The position numbers were made by a program, and so were the translations under genes. Shown in pieces: positions 62,640-64,000 of a DNA stretch of 64,000 nucleotides (the first letter of the stretch is position 1; the number at the start of each line of letters is the position of its first letter). The notes under the pieces were generated by a model. That model searched no databases and was not told where the DNA came from. It saw only the letters and a program-made list of their open reading frames with translations. Origin of the DNA: Candidatus Marinacidobacterales bacterium (lineage in GTDB: Bacteria; Acidobacteriota; Vicinamibacteria; Marinacidobacterales; DATDRI01); contig CBDCNP010000002.1 in assembly GCA_965219415.1 (NCBI GenBank), forward strand, positions 3,168,001 through 3,232,000, written 5' to 3'.

Positions 62640-63515
62640 TACCTCGCCGGATTCGGCGCCAAACTATCTATGGCCTCCGCCTCGGTAAGTAGCGTTCTCT
62701 TCTCTTGACCGATACGCTCGGCCAGCAAGAAGCCGAGCGTGGTCACTTCCGGTGGACGTATGCCGATGGCCTCCAACTCAGCCGTGCGCGAGAAGACGTC
62801 TCTGGGGCTGCCATCCATCACCAGCCGGCCCCGCTCTAAGACCAGGAGTCGATCGGAATACTTGACCAGTTCCTCTACCTCGTGTTCGATCATGACCACG
62901 GTGACGTCGTCGGTGTCACGCTTGAGCGTCTCGACGATACGAAAGATATCCTGTTTGCCTACCGGATCGAGCTCCGAGGTGGGCTCGTCCAGGATGAGGA
63001 GCCGGGGCTTAAGCGCCAGGGCGGCACCGAGCGCTACTCGCTGCTTCTCACCTCCGGACAGAGCTTGGGGGGAAAGCGTGGCGATATGGCTCCAGATTGA
63101 GGAGCTCGAGGACCTGTCCGATCCGTTGCTCGATCTCCGTCGCCGGCAGGCAAATGTTCTCGAGAGCAAAGGCCAGCTCCTCCTCCACCGACAGTCCCAC
63201 GATCTGGCTTTCCGGATCTTGAAACGTGATCGCGACCAAGGCACTGCCTTCCTCGCCGTAGAGCAGGCGAGACATCGACTCTTCACGAGTGTCCTTGCCG
63301 GCAATCTGTACCCGGCCGTCGAGCGTTCCGCCCAGCGTCTGCGGAACGAGTCCCGTCAAGGCCAAGGCGAGGGTGGTCTTTCCGGCTCCGGCGGGCCCAA
63401 TCAGTCCGACAAACTCCCCCTGCTGGATGGAAAAACTGATGGAATCAAGCACTCGGCGACCGGTATTGGGGTAACTGTAGGAGAGGTCTTCGACCAGCAG
63501 TATGGGGCTAGGCAT
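62639..63515 (-). CDS. ecfA: ECF transporter ATPase, frameshift near 63075
   Basis: GPAGAGKT and FQDPESQ in one frame; LSGGEKQ and DEPT in the next. Confidence 0.88.
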
Positions 63516-64000
63516 TCCTGGCTCGGTCGGTCTGGCGATCTTCCCAGTACATGTTCCACTTCTTGACGTAAGGGAACAAGGCTTTGGTCAGGATATAGCC
63601 CAGGGTCAAGACCGTGAGAGTGCAGTTCAACATGATGTGACCGAAGTTGACGGTCCAAGCGGCCGCGGTTGGCACGATGTGCCACAAATCGAGCCACCAC
63701 GAGATATAGAACCCGATGACCAGGGCTCCGAGGATAGTCCCGACCGCGTAGCGGACGGCATCACCAATGCTGTTGAGATCCGCATGGGCGGCGGTCTTGA
63801 CGAACCGGTAGATGATATAGGCATTGAGGAAGTTGCCGATGAACCCAGCCACCGAGCCCAGTGTCAGATAGCCGCCGAACAGATCCGCGATGAGGTTTCC
63901 CAGGGCGCATCCGAGAGCGCCGGGAACGCCGAACAGGATACCGAAGACCGCGACGAAGGCCTGGGCAGGGCGGAGATAAGCGAAGCCGGGCAAGAAGACA
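63508..64000 (-). CDS. ECF transporter S component (QueT-like), 5' end outside the window
   Basis: LRPA, GILFG.PGALG..LGNLIAD, GFIGNF. Confidence 0.82.
   Translation of the reverse strand, partial: VFLPGFAYLRPAQAFVAVFGILFGVPGALGCALGNLIADLFGGYLTLGSVAGFIGNFLNAYIIYRFVKTAAHADLNSIGDAVRYAVGTILGALVIGFYISWWLDLWHIVPTAAAWTVNFGHIMLNCTLTVLTLGYILTKALFPYVKKWNMYWEDRQTDRARNA

Overview
GC-rich bacterial chromosomal window. Its gene families (Ser/Thr kinases with PD40 propellers, VWA pair, MacB-type exporter, TPR-TonB protein, PQQ propeller) suggest Acidobacteriota; this is inference only. Most of the window encodes amide/peptide uptake and catabolism: 2 SSS symporters, 2 peptide-type ABC clusters lacking ATPases, 3 M20 and 2 AstE/AspA hydrolases, hydantoinase A/B, an amidohydrolase, and an ECF importer with PfkB kinase and SIS protein. 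Two accessory blocks (about 1.9-6.1 kb and 36.5-43.2 kb) each hold two toxin-antitoxin pairs and end on the right in a copy of a shared non-coding terminus (AAGTAACA). The best candidate for something undescribed is this element family: a 114-bp unit at 40672-40785 bounded by TGTTACTT/AAGTAACA. Its left part matches, inverted, the 3' end of a DUF222-like HNH nuclease gene (6033-6076), and its right part matches a hairpin-forming copy at 43161-43235. Other candidates are a convergent small alarmone synthetase / MarC / Mesh1-like hydrolase cluster, a tandemly duplicated HTTM plus partner module, and the ECF-PfkB-SIS operon. About a dozen genes carry 1-2 nt frameshifts (probably sequencing or assembly error), and a few have large deletions or truncations. 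No rRNA, tRNA, CRISPR array, transposase or integrase was seen. All calls come from motif recognition by eye; no database search was run.
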